Positions 18,501-26,554 of a stretch of 64,000 nt of DNA are shown one piece after another. The stretch is taken from IMG/VR virus record IMGVR_UViG_3300020455_000616; one strand, 5' to 3'. The notes under the pieces are model-generated. The model saw nothing but the letters and a program-made list of their open reading frames with translations. It had not been told where the DNA came from and did no database searches. The number at the start of each line of letters is the position of its first letter. The stretch's first letter is position 1. Source of the DNA: a virus. Position numbers and translations under genes: made by a program.

Positions 18501-18766
18501 TTAACAGGACTAGGCGCACTAGAATTTTGAAGGGTTTGTGTAAACGCCTTCTCCAAAGGAATATCATCCCGTCTTGCCTTATAACGAGTGTCATATGCTA
18601 GCTGTCTTGCAGCCTTTTTAGTTTGATCTTCCGCAGTACCACCTTCGCTACCACCAGATGCTTTAGAATCTGATCCAGCTCCAGCAGTAGATTTTGGCTT
18701 GATCTTTGCTTCCATCTCAGTAAGATATACTTTATGGAGATCTGTTACTACATGCTTTAAAGTCAT
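15506..18766 (-). CDS. 1086 aa Lys/Glu-rich mosaic protein, putative processed internal virion protein
   Basis: Low complexity, internal 56 aa repeat, many [ILV]-x-E junctions; late promoter TATAAATA at 18802-18809. Confidence 0.75.
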   Translation of the reverse strand: MTLKHVVTDLHKVYLTEMEAKIKPKSTAGAGSDSKASGGSEGGTAEDQTKKAARQLAYDTRYKARRDDIPLEKAFTQTLQNSSAPSPVKELAKGMLFGGGQKEEVERISEAPQLPPEVFAALQRLEKKRKSKGDTRPGPLDKKEGYGMKKKVAKESIGSAIDKSFSAAGEVADTAIKLPVKAVGYVAGLKKGLKKQAQKGQRKANEETQQESIGSAVDKTFSAAGEVADTAIKLPVKAVGYVAGLKKGLKKQAQKGQRKANEHHEKDAEGKVIEHDIEDTAPSSIEEAKAKKVSTPSKKKGKDKVLVTPVKGQGKQYRRYADAKKKYELRKNPQISSVTGTSYGTTYDEKPEDKKNPGKFPAQKKAKKDFDKDGKLESPKAEYKGSKDRAIKKAMGKKVKKEEFSNWKEEFDLTEIIKKESTPKKIQELKGKNTIIINPKLEEGIETLGGYVLGVDELTNEQVANIEELKSTTLSSYINKATADSLQKASSSGVHSAFDGADSKKATQKRDKAWKRAKGISKAGSKLAIRAIEGGQQREEVEEVEEKKGLWDNIHAKRKRGEAPAKKGDKDYPKTLNVEGKMKQARKNVGADSCWDGYKAKGTKKKGGKVVPNCVKEDEVSEELHPSVKKIDAMSKANVAKQAAKASADKSAREKSAAAFQAHKKATLAKGGRPVDALDSWNKKKLNKEAIDPKGGGVNPDLSNKQQNTERKQTESQREKIRKQRELLAKMRQQDVSMGRQPSGHTAREEVEIDERLGGKGYSKAAMKSSIHPPSQKSTGDWEDSDRGEGNKAKRRAGEKVKAKSPTYTAYVKNKKANEALDLKKDDAGSAPADKKAEGMNKQIERKEKKVAVMKRQILQKKVQAVRAGAGGDVVAHFEPEGQVLEGKKKDDTYDEPNWEKRKANNEKARKDLMKGPKMKNPHFEAYRVLAKTDKDNKPSQFSYQDEKTAKKFADSIKKGGGRATVSKEETVVELNRYEKETGKSSGSMNMPKGRPTEKGGTSSRVMRAVRTSIRKDTGKPEGQVKKAKGVKSTAGTGKYLEKQKSKKEYADRAKKAGFKNTQDYTNTVARYGSEDNYKKGKGLGT
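17985..18304. repeat. two 152 bp direct repeats (period 168 bp) inside the 1086 aa gene
   Basis: 17985-18136 and 18153-18304 both encode ESIGSA[IV]DK[ST]FSAAGEVADTAIKLPVKAVGYVAGLKKGLKKQAQKGQRKANE. Confidence 0.95.
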
Positions 18767-18800
18767 TATTCTTATTAAAGAAACCTACTTTTTCCTATAT

Positions 18801-19442
18801 TTATTTATAATTAGGGAAGTTGTGAATTTTTTTAGTGTTAGTTAAACGCATTACATACTTTCTGAATGCGTCAGTACCTACTTCTCTTTTACGAGAATCA
18901 GGTTCACCAGACTGATCAGTCCATTCTACAACATCTCTAATCCAACATTTAAACATTTCAGGGTCTGCACTCTCACTAAATCCAAACTCATCATATTCTC
19001 CAGGTTCTCCAGTAAGACATATCAAATGATTAGTTCCCCTGCGAATTACCTTACCAGACTGACCTGTTACAGTATGACGAATATAAGAACCTTCTTTAAA
19101 AATAGCACCAGAGATGTAGAGTTCTCTTAACTCATCTTCTCTTTGCCTATCTCTAAGTTCAATACTTTCTTTATTTGCCTTTGCCTTTTTCCTAAAAGTT
19201 TGAGTAGCAACTGGTCGTTGGTTTGCTGTGGTTCTAACTTGCTTTGGATCTTGTGCTCCAATAACTTGGTTCTGATTATAGAACTTCAGTTTACCATTAG
19301 AACTTTTTGCAATAAACTCACCAGTCTTTTTATCATGGTATCCACCATGACCATCAGGAACTAACCCAAGTCTTCTACCTTGTAATGCAGCAATAGACTT
19401 TATCTGCCCAGCTTCTTTTAAGAATTTGGAAAAAGTTTTCAT
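18801..19442 (-). CDS. homologue of cyanophage cytidylyltransferase-family protein lacking the catalytic domain
   Basis: N-terminal LGLVPDGHGG..GEFIAK..GKLKFY and C-terminal GKVIRRGTNHLIC..MFKCWIRDV modules present; no GRFNPPTxGH (HIGH-like) motif. Confidence 0.6.
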   Translation of the reverse strand: MKTFSKFLKEAGQIKSIAALQGRRLGLVPDGHGGYHDKKTGEFIAKSSNGKLKFYNQNQVIGAQDPKQVRTTANQRPVATQTFRKKAKANKESIELRDRQREDELRELYISGAIFKEGSYIRHTVTGQSGKVIRRGTNHLICLTGEPGEYDEFGFSESADPEMFKCWIRDVVEWTDQSGEPDSRKREVGTDAFRKYVMRLTNTKKIHNFPNYK

Positions 19443-19484
19443 AATACTAGATCTAGTTTTATCATCAATATAAGATATATTTAT

Positions 19485-20597
19485 TTATGTGTTGTTTGAA
19501 GTGCGTTCTTCAGACCCACGACGACTACTCATATACTCTTTAGTAAAGATACCACCACGGACACCTCTAGAACTACCACTTTTACCTGGTGCTTTTACAT
19601 CTGCACTAACTTTTCTATTTGCTTCTCCTTTACGAGCACCTAACGTAGGTGCATAATTACCTGTTAGATCACCTACATGATGTATACTATGCTTTGTAAA
19701 GTGAATATCTAATACATCAGAAGGACCACCACTAAAATTAATCTCACCCTGAGCAAAGACAGAACATTTATTCTTTCCTTGACTTGACTTATTACCAATT
19801 CCTTCATGACCAAAGACTGCCTTCTCCTTTAAACCTTTATCACTAATAGATCTATAAACATCATGACCTATATCATCCCAGTTATTACCAATAAGATTTC
19901 TCCAATCAACAACTTCCTTATGTTTATTAATACTAGAACCAGCATTAGCAGATATACCAGAATACTGTTGGAATGAAGTAGCACTCTCACCCTTCTTATA
20001 AGTTATGAATGCTTTCTCATCGCCTTTACTATTAACTAATATAATATCAGCATGCGATAATGATTCACCACCTATTGCTCCAATGATATCATCATAGGTT
20101 CCACTTGCTAATCTTACCTTACATGGTGCAATATCTTTTAACTTCTGATTAATCTTTGTTATTATATTAACTTCGTCTCTATTCCTAGGTGTTCTCTTTA
20201 ACTTAGGTTTACGTTTAAATACATTAAGTAATTGTTTATTCCACATTCTAGTAGTGTCAACAGATTTACCATCTGCATATTTAAAAAATATTATACATCC
20301 TACTTCATTCCTTCCTTCAGTAATATAACCAGTCACTAATAAAGACTCAAAAGTAGAACTTGCATGTTTAGTTTGTTTAACCTTTAACTTCAAGTCATTA
20401 GTCATTATAGATTTTACAAATCTCCTATTACCAGTACGATCATCACCCAATACTTTTATCTGAAGGTGTTTACCTGTATTAATATTACCAGGCATCTTCT
20501 CATATTTGACATCAAATATACCTTCGTCTTTAGAACCACTAATATTTTGTTTTAATATTTTAAAAATTCTATCTCTAGCAATAGTAGGATTTGCCAT
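19485..20597 (-). CDS. hypothetical protein, possible PD-(D/E)xK nuclease fold
   Basis: HADIILV....AFITYKK resembles a D..xK nuclease core; late promoter CTAAATA at 20619-20625. Confidence 0.5.
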   Translation of the reverse strand: MANPTIARDRIFKILKQNISGSKDEGIFDVKYEKMPGNINTGKHLQIKVLGDDRTGNRRFVKSIMTNDLKLKVKQTKHASSTFESLLVTGYITEGRNEVGCIIFFKYADGKSVDTTRMWNKQLLNVFKRKPKLKRTPRNRDEVNIITKINQKLKDIAPCKVRLASGTYDDIIGAIGGESLSHADIILVNSKGDEKAFITYKKGESATSFQQYSGISANAGSSINKHKEVVDWRNLIGNNWDDIGHDVYRSISDKGLKEKAVFGHEGIGNKSSQGKNKCSVFAQGEINFSGGPSDVLDIHFTKHSIHHVGDLTGNYAPTLGARKGEANRKVSADVKAPGKSGSSRGVRGGIFTKEYMSSRRGSEERTSNNT

Positions 20598-20617
20598 TCA
20601 TCTTCCCCCATACAAAT

Positions 20618-21076
20618 CTATTTAGAGAAGCTTAATGTAATTCTTGGATTACTTGCTATAGGGTTATGCCATGTTCCTTTATGAATACGAAGACTATCTC
20701 CAGGTTCTAGAGTTACAGTCTCTATCTCCCCAACTTCATATGGTGTTCCAATATCAAGTTCATATGTTATCGTACCATATGATTGAACAATCAAAACTTC
20801 TACAGGATCTTGATGTCTACCATAGGTTACAGACTTCTCTCCAAAAGAATAATATATGTGTAGTGTAGGTACATCATATGTCTGATTAACATAATCTCTT
20901 ACCTCACTAATAGTTCCAGGATAAAACTCACTAAAACAAATAAAAGTTGGCAATGTAGTCTCATCATACAATGCCGTTAAAGTATTATACTTATGCTCTT
21001 CACAAGTTTTTATTATAACATCTTCCCATGATACCATGTCGGATTTTGGGAATTCGTTTCTAGTTAAAGTATACAT
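20618..21076 (-). CDS. cupin/JmjC-like 2OG oxygenase
   Basis: YGRHQD, LEPGDSLRIHKGTWHNP, RITLSF. Confidence 0.8.
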   Translation of the reverse strand: MYTLTRNEFPKSDMVSWEDVIIKTCEEHKYNTLTALYDETTLPTFICFSEFYPGTISEVRDYVNQTYDVPTLHIYYSFGEKSVTYGRHQDPVEVLIVQSYGTITYELDIGTPYEVGEIETVTLEPGDSLRIHKGTWHNPIASNPRITLSFSK

Positions 21077-21693
21077 GTTGAATGTGATGGTACATAATCA
21101 AGACACAAAAGAGTCCTAGAAGACTTCATATTATTCTCAACCCTATGTTCTGACATAGGATGGAATATATAAAACTCTTTATTCTGCATCTTCTTAGTTT
21201 CAACTTGACCAGATTCATTCCTGATTTGAATAATAGAATCATTATCATCATCAGGATCAATATCTAATCCCCATAGTATACGTAGTAATTGTACACCAGG
21301 AATATAATCAGTATCTAAATGCCAATCTAAATTCTGACCAGCATCTAAAACATTTAAAGCACATACAGATAAGATACCAATCTCATATAAGGTATCAGCA
21401 AGGGTTGGTAATACCTCTGTGTTAGATCTGTATTCATTCTCCTCCACATATAAAGGGGCAATATGCCAACCCTTCTCACTAAAATTCCTATGCTTTGCTT
21501 TAGCATAGGAGTCATAGTTTATTGGGTATCCTCTAGAATTAGTTTCAATAAATCCTTTTTGTTCTTTAGTAAAATCCTTGAACTCCAAATAGGATTCATG
21601 ATTTTTATATTCAGTATGAATAAATTCATGCCTATCATTTAATAGAGATAGTTTAGGTTCTATATCTTGATAGTCTATGAATTTAGTCATCAT
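21064..21693 (-). CDS. aspartyl/asparaginyl beta-hydroxylase-like protein
   Basis: LDAGQNLDWHLD, FHPMSEHRVEN, RTLLCLD. Confidence 0.8.
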   Translation of the reverse strand: MMTKFIDYQDIEPKLSLLNDRHEFIHTEYKNHESYLEFKDFTKEQKGFIETNSRGYPINYDSYAKAKHRNFSEKGWHIAPLYVEENEYRSNTEVLPTLADTLYEIGILSVCALNVLDAGQNLDWHLDTDYIPGVQLLRILWGLDIDPDDDNDSIIQIRNESGQVETKKMQNKEFYIFHPMSEHRVENNMKSSRTLLCLDYVPSHSTCIL

Positions 21694-21742
21694 GCATTCC
21701 CCAATCCCAGATTTTTTTTAGGAACTCTAGTATTTTTTTCAT
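21683..21742 (-). CDS. 19 aa amphipathic micropeptide
   Basis: MKKILEFLKKIWDWGMHDD*; ATGA overlap with DUF1257 stop and overlap with the next start. Confidence 0.5.
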   Translation of the reverse strand: MKKILEFLKKIWDWGMHDD

Positions 21743-22122
21743 ACCCAAACAGTAGCAGTTATTTCAAGAGACATATCATCCATCTCCCATTCCTCCTCAA
21801 CTTGGAATCCCAGTTCTTTGACAGTATTATAAACTGTCATCCTAGCATACTGTTGAGTAACCTTATCAATAAACCTATTTACAGGAACATCCAAATTCCA
21901 AGTCTCTTGATCAGCAACTAACTCATAAGTTCCTGTGTTCTTATTCAATCTAAATCCAATATCATCACTAATAGCAACATCAACATTCCACTGTTTATGT
22001 TGATGATCAAGAGGATTTTCTAATTTAGAATCCTGAATTACATCATACTGTAGGAGTTCTAATGCTTCTATAAGTTCAGGTTTATTCTTGATTTTGGTCT
22101 TGATTGTGCTGAAGTGTGACAT
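21739..22122 (-). CDS. DUF1257 (Ycf35-like) protein
   Basis: MSHFSTIKTKI N-terminus, DIGF..N..GTYELVAD, QQYA. Confidence 0.85.
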   Translation of the reverse strand: MSHFSTIKTKIKNKPELIEALELLQYDVIQDSKLENPLDHQHKQWNVDVAISDDIGFRLNKNTGTYELVADQETWNLDVPVNRFIDKVTQQYARMTVYNTVKELGFQVEEEWEMDDMSLEITATVWV

Positions 22123-22297
22123 TTTTCTGTGTGTTTTGTTGATAGTATTCTGGTTTATGAACTCTATTTTCTAAAGTACCCAACTTCTTCTCAATCTCTG
22201 CAGTGAGATTCTCACAGACCTCACCAGTAAATCCTATAACTTCTTCAGTTACAGTACCGTCTTGTCTAATATTAAACTTAAGAATCTTCTTACTCAT
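22082..22297 (-). CDS. DUF2997 protein
   Basis: F.IRQDGTVTEEVIGFTGEVCENLTAEIEKKLG...PEYY. Confidence 0.85.
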   Translation of the reverse strand: MSKKILKFNIRQDGTVTEEVIGFTGEVCENLTAEIEKKLGTLENRVHKPEYYQQNTQKNVTLQHNQDQNQE

Positions 22298-22302
22298 TGA
22301 AA

Positions 22303-22713
22303 TCATAGATCCCCTTCTTTACGATTTTCTGATTTATGTACATCAAACTCTCCACCAGGATATCTAGATTTAAGTTTGTCTACATTCATCTCAATAATTT
22401 CATTAAAGTTAGTATTTAGTGCCATGCAAGCTTGAGCAAGATACCAACAAATATCTCCCAACTCTCTCTTCATATGGAAGACATTCTCTTCACTATAAGG
22501 TTTACCTTGGAAGATAATTTTTTTAACAACTTCAGTAAACTCTCCAGACTCAGCAGATAATCCAACAGCAGCAGTAAGGAGACGTTCAATATTAGCACTT
22601 TTACCATTCAATTCTTGAAGTCTATAAATGAATGCATCAAAGTCTTGTGATGGAGAACTTGTTACACCATCTACAAATTGAGCATATCTATCAAAATCAA
22701 TTTCTTTTGTCAT
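22303..22713 (-). CDS. mazG: MazG-like nucleotide pyrophosphohydrolase
   Basis: GLSAESGEFTEVVKK, KRELGDICWY, KLKSRYP. Confidence 0.92.
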   Translation of the reverse strand: MTKEIDFDRYAQFVDGVTSSPSQDFDAFIYRLQELNGKSANIERLLTAAVGLSAESGEFTEVVKKIIFQGKPYSEENVFHMKRELGDICWYLAQACMALNTNFNEIIEMNVDKLKSRYPGGEFDVHKSENRKEGDL

Positions 22714-23936
22714 CTAGTATTACCGTAATGAATAACCTTTAAAGTATCTGAACTAAACTTCCTCCAAGGATCAACAACTATACTACCTTCTGGAATCTCA
22801 CAATATAGTTCATCACTATCTGGATTGTCCCAATATCGGTAGGTTGTCGTTGCACTATGAGCAAGTAAAAACACAGCAGGTTTGTTGCTATCATACGTGT
22901 CTCCAGTGCATTTGTCAACGTAAGATACAGAAATATTCTCTGTGTACGGTGCTGCTACTTCTTTACAAAAATGACCAACTAATAAACTATAACTTCCTTC
23001 CGTATATGATACTCTTGGTTTATATGCTTTACCATGAATTACAATAGGCATATTATTATCCCATGCAAGTTCAACTAATTTTAATGCCATGTTCCTTGCT
23101 TGCTCTTCTCTAGATAACATAATACCGTTAAAGAAATCATATCCAAGTCTTAACTTCTTTGCTAAAAATCTAAGAGCAATATTATCTCTAGGATGACAAG
23201 CACCACCATCACCCATACCTGCCTTCATATAAGAAGAATTTATAATCCTAGTTCCTGCTTTACACAAAGCACCAGTTACAACATCAACATTGATATTCCC
23301 TTGCCTCTCAGCAACATCTTGAATCATGTTAACAAAACTAATCTTATTACTAATAAAGGTATTGTAAAAAACTTTTATACATTCACATTCATCCCATGTG
23401 CCAACAATATATGGGGGATCATTCTGTGCAATAGATTTATAAAGTTGAATCAACTCTTTAGCATCACCAGTCTCAGTACCATCTTCAGTACCAATCATTA
23501 CTATCTCTGGATTTGTAAAATCAAATGCAACAGTACCCATAGCAATTAGATAAGGATTATAAACAAACCTACCCTTCATTGGTGTAAATCTTTCTCTTGT
23601 AGTACCAGGTAAAACTGTAGAGATTAAAACAATTAATTGATTATCTACGTACTTATTAACTTCATCTAATACACTCTCAACAATACTATAATTAAAATCT
23701 TTTGGTTCCAAATTCATACATGGTTGACTACCATCATACTCCTTATCATGTGGTGTAGGAACAGCAATAAAAATTATTTGAGATTTACTTACAACATCTT
23801 TAATTGAAGATTGAATGTCTACTAAAGATGTATCTCTAGGTTCAACATCATAACCAAATACAAAATGACCTGCCTTAGCAATCTCCTCAGCACAAGGCAT
23901 GCCAAGTTTACCAAGACCAATAAAACCTATATTCAT
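22710..23936 (-). CDS. ugd: UDP-glucose/GDP-mannose 6-dehydrogenase family
   Basis: GFIGLGKLG Rossmann motif, FIAVPTP, KVFYNTF, GGACHPRD catalytic Cys. Confidence 0.9.
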   Translation of the reverse strand: MNIGFIGLGKLGMPCAEEIAKAGHFVFGYDVEPRDTSLVDIQSSIKDVVSKSQIIFIAVPTPHDKEYDGSQPCMNLEPKDFNYSIVESVLDEVNKYVDNQLIVLISTVLPGTTRERFTPMKGRFVYNPYLIAMGTVAFDFTNPEIVMIGTEDGTETGDAKELIQLYKSIAQNDPPYIVGTWDECECIKVFYNTFISNKISFVNMIQDVAERQGNINVDVVTGALCKAGTRIINSSYMKAGMGDGGACHPRDNIALRFLAKKLRLGYDFFNGIMLSREEQARNMALKLVELAWDNNMPIVIHGKAYKPRVSYTEGSYSLLVGHFCKEVAAPYTENISVSYVDKCTGDTYDSNKPAVFLLAHSATTTYRYWDNPDSDELYCEIPEGSIVVDPWRKFSSDTLKVIHYGNTR

Positions 23937-24943
23937 TCTCGCTCCAAATCAAGAGTTACACAATGGAATCCACCACTCAAAGTTCTTTGTTGTCTCATTG
24001 GTAACATTGCACATTCTATAGCATGACTCTCAAGTAACTTCCTAGTTGGTTCTTGATTCTCTTCAAGAGCAACTAAGTTTGGATTGATACTAAAAAGATT
24101 CATATTAGTCCACACTGACATATTATTATATCCATTATATGATCCAATATCAACTGCCTCTGGTGCATAGATAACATCCCATTTTTTAAATGGACCTGGC
24201 AACTGATCTTTATCTTTTAATCTAGAAGGATTTGCAAGTATAAGTCCTTCTCTCAAAAATACTAACGTAGTATCAATATGAGAGTATGAATAAACATCTC
24301 TGAGTAAATGAACATCTGCATCACATCCTGCGTCATGTAATTGTTGTTGCAATAACTCAGCACCTAATACATTACCACTATTAGATACTAAGTAGATAAT
24401 ATTATTATCTGCTCTAAGAGTATTAGCAGCATCAAATGCTGGAGTAACTTCATTCAATGCTAAGACATCTGGATTACCAATACAATCCTCATTATATAAT
24501 TCCTCAATATAAGAACAAGGTATCTCTACAGTCTCTGGTAGACAATGCTTCATTGCTCTCCAGTTACCTCTTCTAGATCTTAAAGGCATAGGAGTTGCTA
24601 AAGATAAATTCCTATGGACAAAAACACAATCTCTAGGACAGTAATTATAATATGTTGTTGGTTCTCTTTTTGGACGTACTACCTCTACACCTTCACCCTC
24701 TAAGAACTTAACAAAAACTTCTAAGTCCTCATTCGCTTCATCAATAACTTGTTCAGGAAATGCTCCAACTTTTATAGGTAGATACTCTTCATCACCATAA
24801 CCAAATAACTTCTTCTTTGGTTTAACACCAGCATAGTTAATAGTACGAGAAGACGTATCAACTGGTGGCATAACTGCATGGTCAGCAACACCAACTATAA
24901 CCTTCTTTAATTTTCCCCATTCATTAGAAGCAAGCATTGTCAT
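23933..24943 (-). CDS. amidinotransferase (glycine/inosamine-phosphate amidinotransferase family)
   Basis: SNEWGKLKKVIVG, CPRD, HIDTT, GGFHCVTLD with Asp-His-Cys triad. Confidence 0.9.
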   Translation of the reverse strand: MTMLASNEWGKLKKVIVGVADHAVMPPVDTSSRTINYAGVKPKKKLFGYGDEEYLPIKVGAFPEQVIDEANEDLEVFVKFLEGEGVEVVRPKREPTTYYNYCPRDCVFVHRNLSLATPMPLRSRRGNWRAMKHCLPETVEIPCSYIEELYNEDCIGNPDVLALNEVTPAFDAANTLRADNNIIYLVSNSGNVLGAELLQQQLHDAGCDADVHLLRDVYSYSHIDTTLVFLREGLILANPSRLKDKDQLPGPFKKWDVIYAPEAVDIGSYNGYNNMSVWTNMNLFSINPNLVALEENQEPTRKLLESHAIECAMLPMRQQRTLSGGFHCVTLDLERE

Positions 24944-25743
24944 AACGTAGAGATTACCATTTTGTGATCATTTTCTTTTCCATAGGTAAAGAACTCATCT
25001 AAACTAAATTTTTTATGTTCCTTCGCCCACCAATGATAATAAGCATTCCTAGACTTAGTATGGTGTATTCTGTTTATTGTAACACTATTTTCTCCACTTG
25101 TCAGTTTATCGTTAGTAGTAATTAGTGGAATAGAATATGTACGACCAGTATGACCTATAAAATAATCAACTGTAGCAGCAGTATTATTAAATTTACTATC
25201 ACCTATCTTACCTAAAAATCTCCACTTATCACCAGATGAATGAAGGTCTAATATCTTCTCAACATAATCTCTTTGTAAGATAACAGGTCCAAAATAACTA
25301 TGATTTAATTTTGGATGTAAAAAGAATGGTATAAACTTTGTGGACTCAAATCCAATTTGAAGACAGTCCCAATCATAAGGAACTCTATTCATCAAATAGT
25401 CCCAATTAAAATTCCAATATTGAATAAGATTTAAATCATAATCATCTTCCATTAAACACAAGAAAGGATCAGTTGATGTACTCAACCAATCCTTCATAAA
25501 CTCTAGATGTGTAATAGCATTACCAACAACATAGACTGGAAGATTTTTACACTTACCATCTATTTTATGAGACCAATCTTTTACTTTAGATTCTGCATAC
25601 TTACTTGAAGACACCCTAGTATATTCCAACCTCCATTGTTGGAATTGATCTTCCATATAAATTCTCCTATCTTTTCTATTATCAAGATTAACGTAATAGA
25701 TATGTGGAAAATTTCTTAATCGTCCTTTATCATACTCAAGCAT
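24940..25743 (-). CDS. GT25-like glycosyltransferase, copy 6
   Basis: IYYVNLDNRKDRR, LMEDDY, PYDWDCLQIG. Confidence 0.8.
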   Translation of the reverse strand: MLEYDKGRLRNFPHIYYVNLDNRKDRRIYMEDQFQQWRLEYTRVSSSKYAESKVKDWSHKIDGKCKNLPVYVVGNAITHLEFMKDWLSTSTDPFLCLMEDDYDLNLIQYWNFNWDYLMNRVPYDWDCLQIGFESTKFIPFFLHPKLNHSYFGPVILQRDYVEKILDLHSSGDKWRFLGKIGDSKFNNTAATVDYFIGHTGRTYSIPLITTNDKLTSGENSVTINRIHHTKSRNAYYHWWAKEHKKFSLDEFFTYGKENDHKMVISTL

Positions 25744-26554
25744 AATAATTCATGGTCTTCCTAACCATACTAATATCATTACCTTTACCATAAGTAAAGA
25801 TCTCATCTAATGAATACTTCCTAGCATCATTAGACCACCAATCATGATATGCTATTTTACATGCTCTAACCATTTTAAACTTCTTACTTTCTCTAGGATA
25901 AAACTTTGGATCACTAGGGAATAAAGGAATACAATAAGTCTTACCATTATGACCTATAAAATAATCAATCGTTCCTGACTTTAATCCAAAATTTAAATTA
26001 GCAATATTACCAGTTAAATCATACTTATCTTCTTTACAATGTAACCTAACAAGTTTTTTAACATACCTTCTATTCAGCAATGAAGGACCAAAGGTGCTTG
26101 CTGGCATTATTTGATGTAGATAAAAAGGAATATAATGTACATTCTCAAATCCAAATTGAAAGCAATCCCAATCATATGGAAGTCTTGTCATCATATACTT
26201 CCAATCAAAATCCCAATTATATTGTAGAGTAGTTGAACAAAGATCAAAGTCAACAGTATCTCTCATGATAACCAATTGATTATCATCAGTTGTGTTTAAC
26301 CAATCTTTTAAGAATTCAAGAACAGTTATAGAATAACCAGCAACACCAACAGGAAGTTTATAGTTATTCTTATTTGAAAGCAGATGCTTCCACTCACTAA
26401 CATTCTCTTGCGTATACTTAGATGTGCTTATTCTATCATAGTCAATATCTAAATTACTTAGACACCGATCCATATGTTCATTTTTAAAATCATCAGAATC
26501 TTTATTAAAATAATAGACTCTGGGAATACCAAATAACTTATCCTTTAATTCCAT
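25736..26554 (-). CDS. GT25-like glycosyltransferase, copy 5 (degenerate EDD)
   Basis: VYYFNKD, IMRDTV in place of MEDD, PYDWDCFQFG. Confidence 0.7.
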   Translation of the reverse strand: MELKDKLFGIPRVYYFNKDSDDFKNEHMDRCLSNLDIDYDRISTSKYTQENVSEWKHLLSNKNNYKLPVGVAGYSITVLEFLKDWLNTTDDNQLVIMRDTVDFDLCSTTLQYNWDFDWKYMMTRLPYDWDCFQFGFENVHYIPFYLHQIMPASTFGPSLLNRRYVKKLVRLHCKEDKYDLTGNIANLNFGLKSGTIDYFIGHNGKTYCIPLFPSDPKFYPRESKKFKMVRACKIAYHDWWSNDARKYSLDEIFTYGKGNDISMVRKTMNYYA

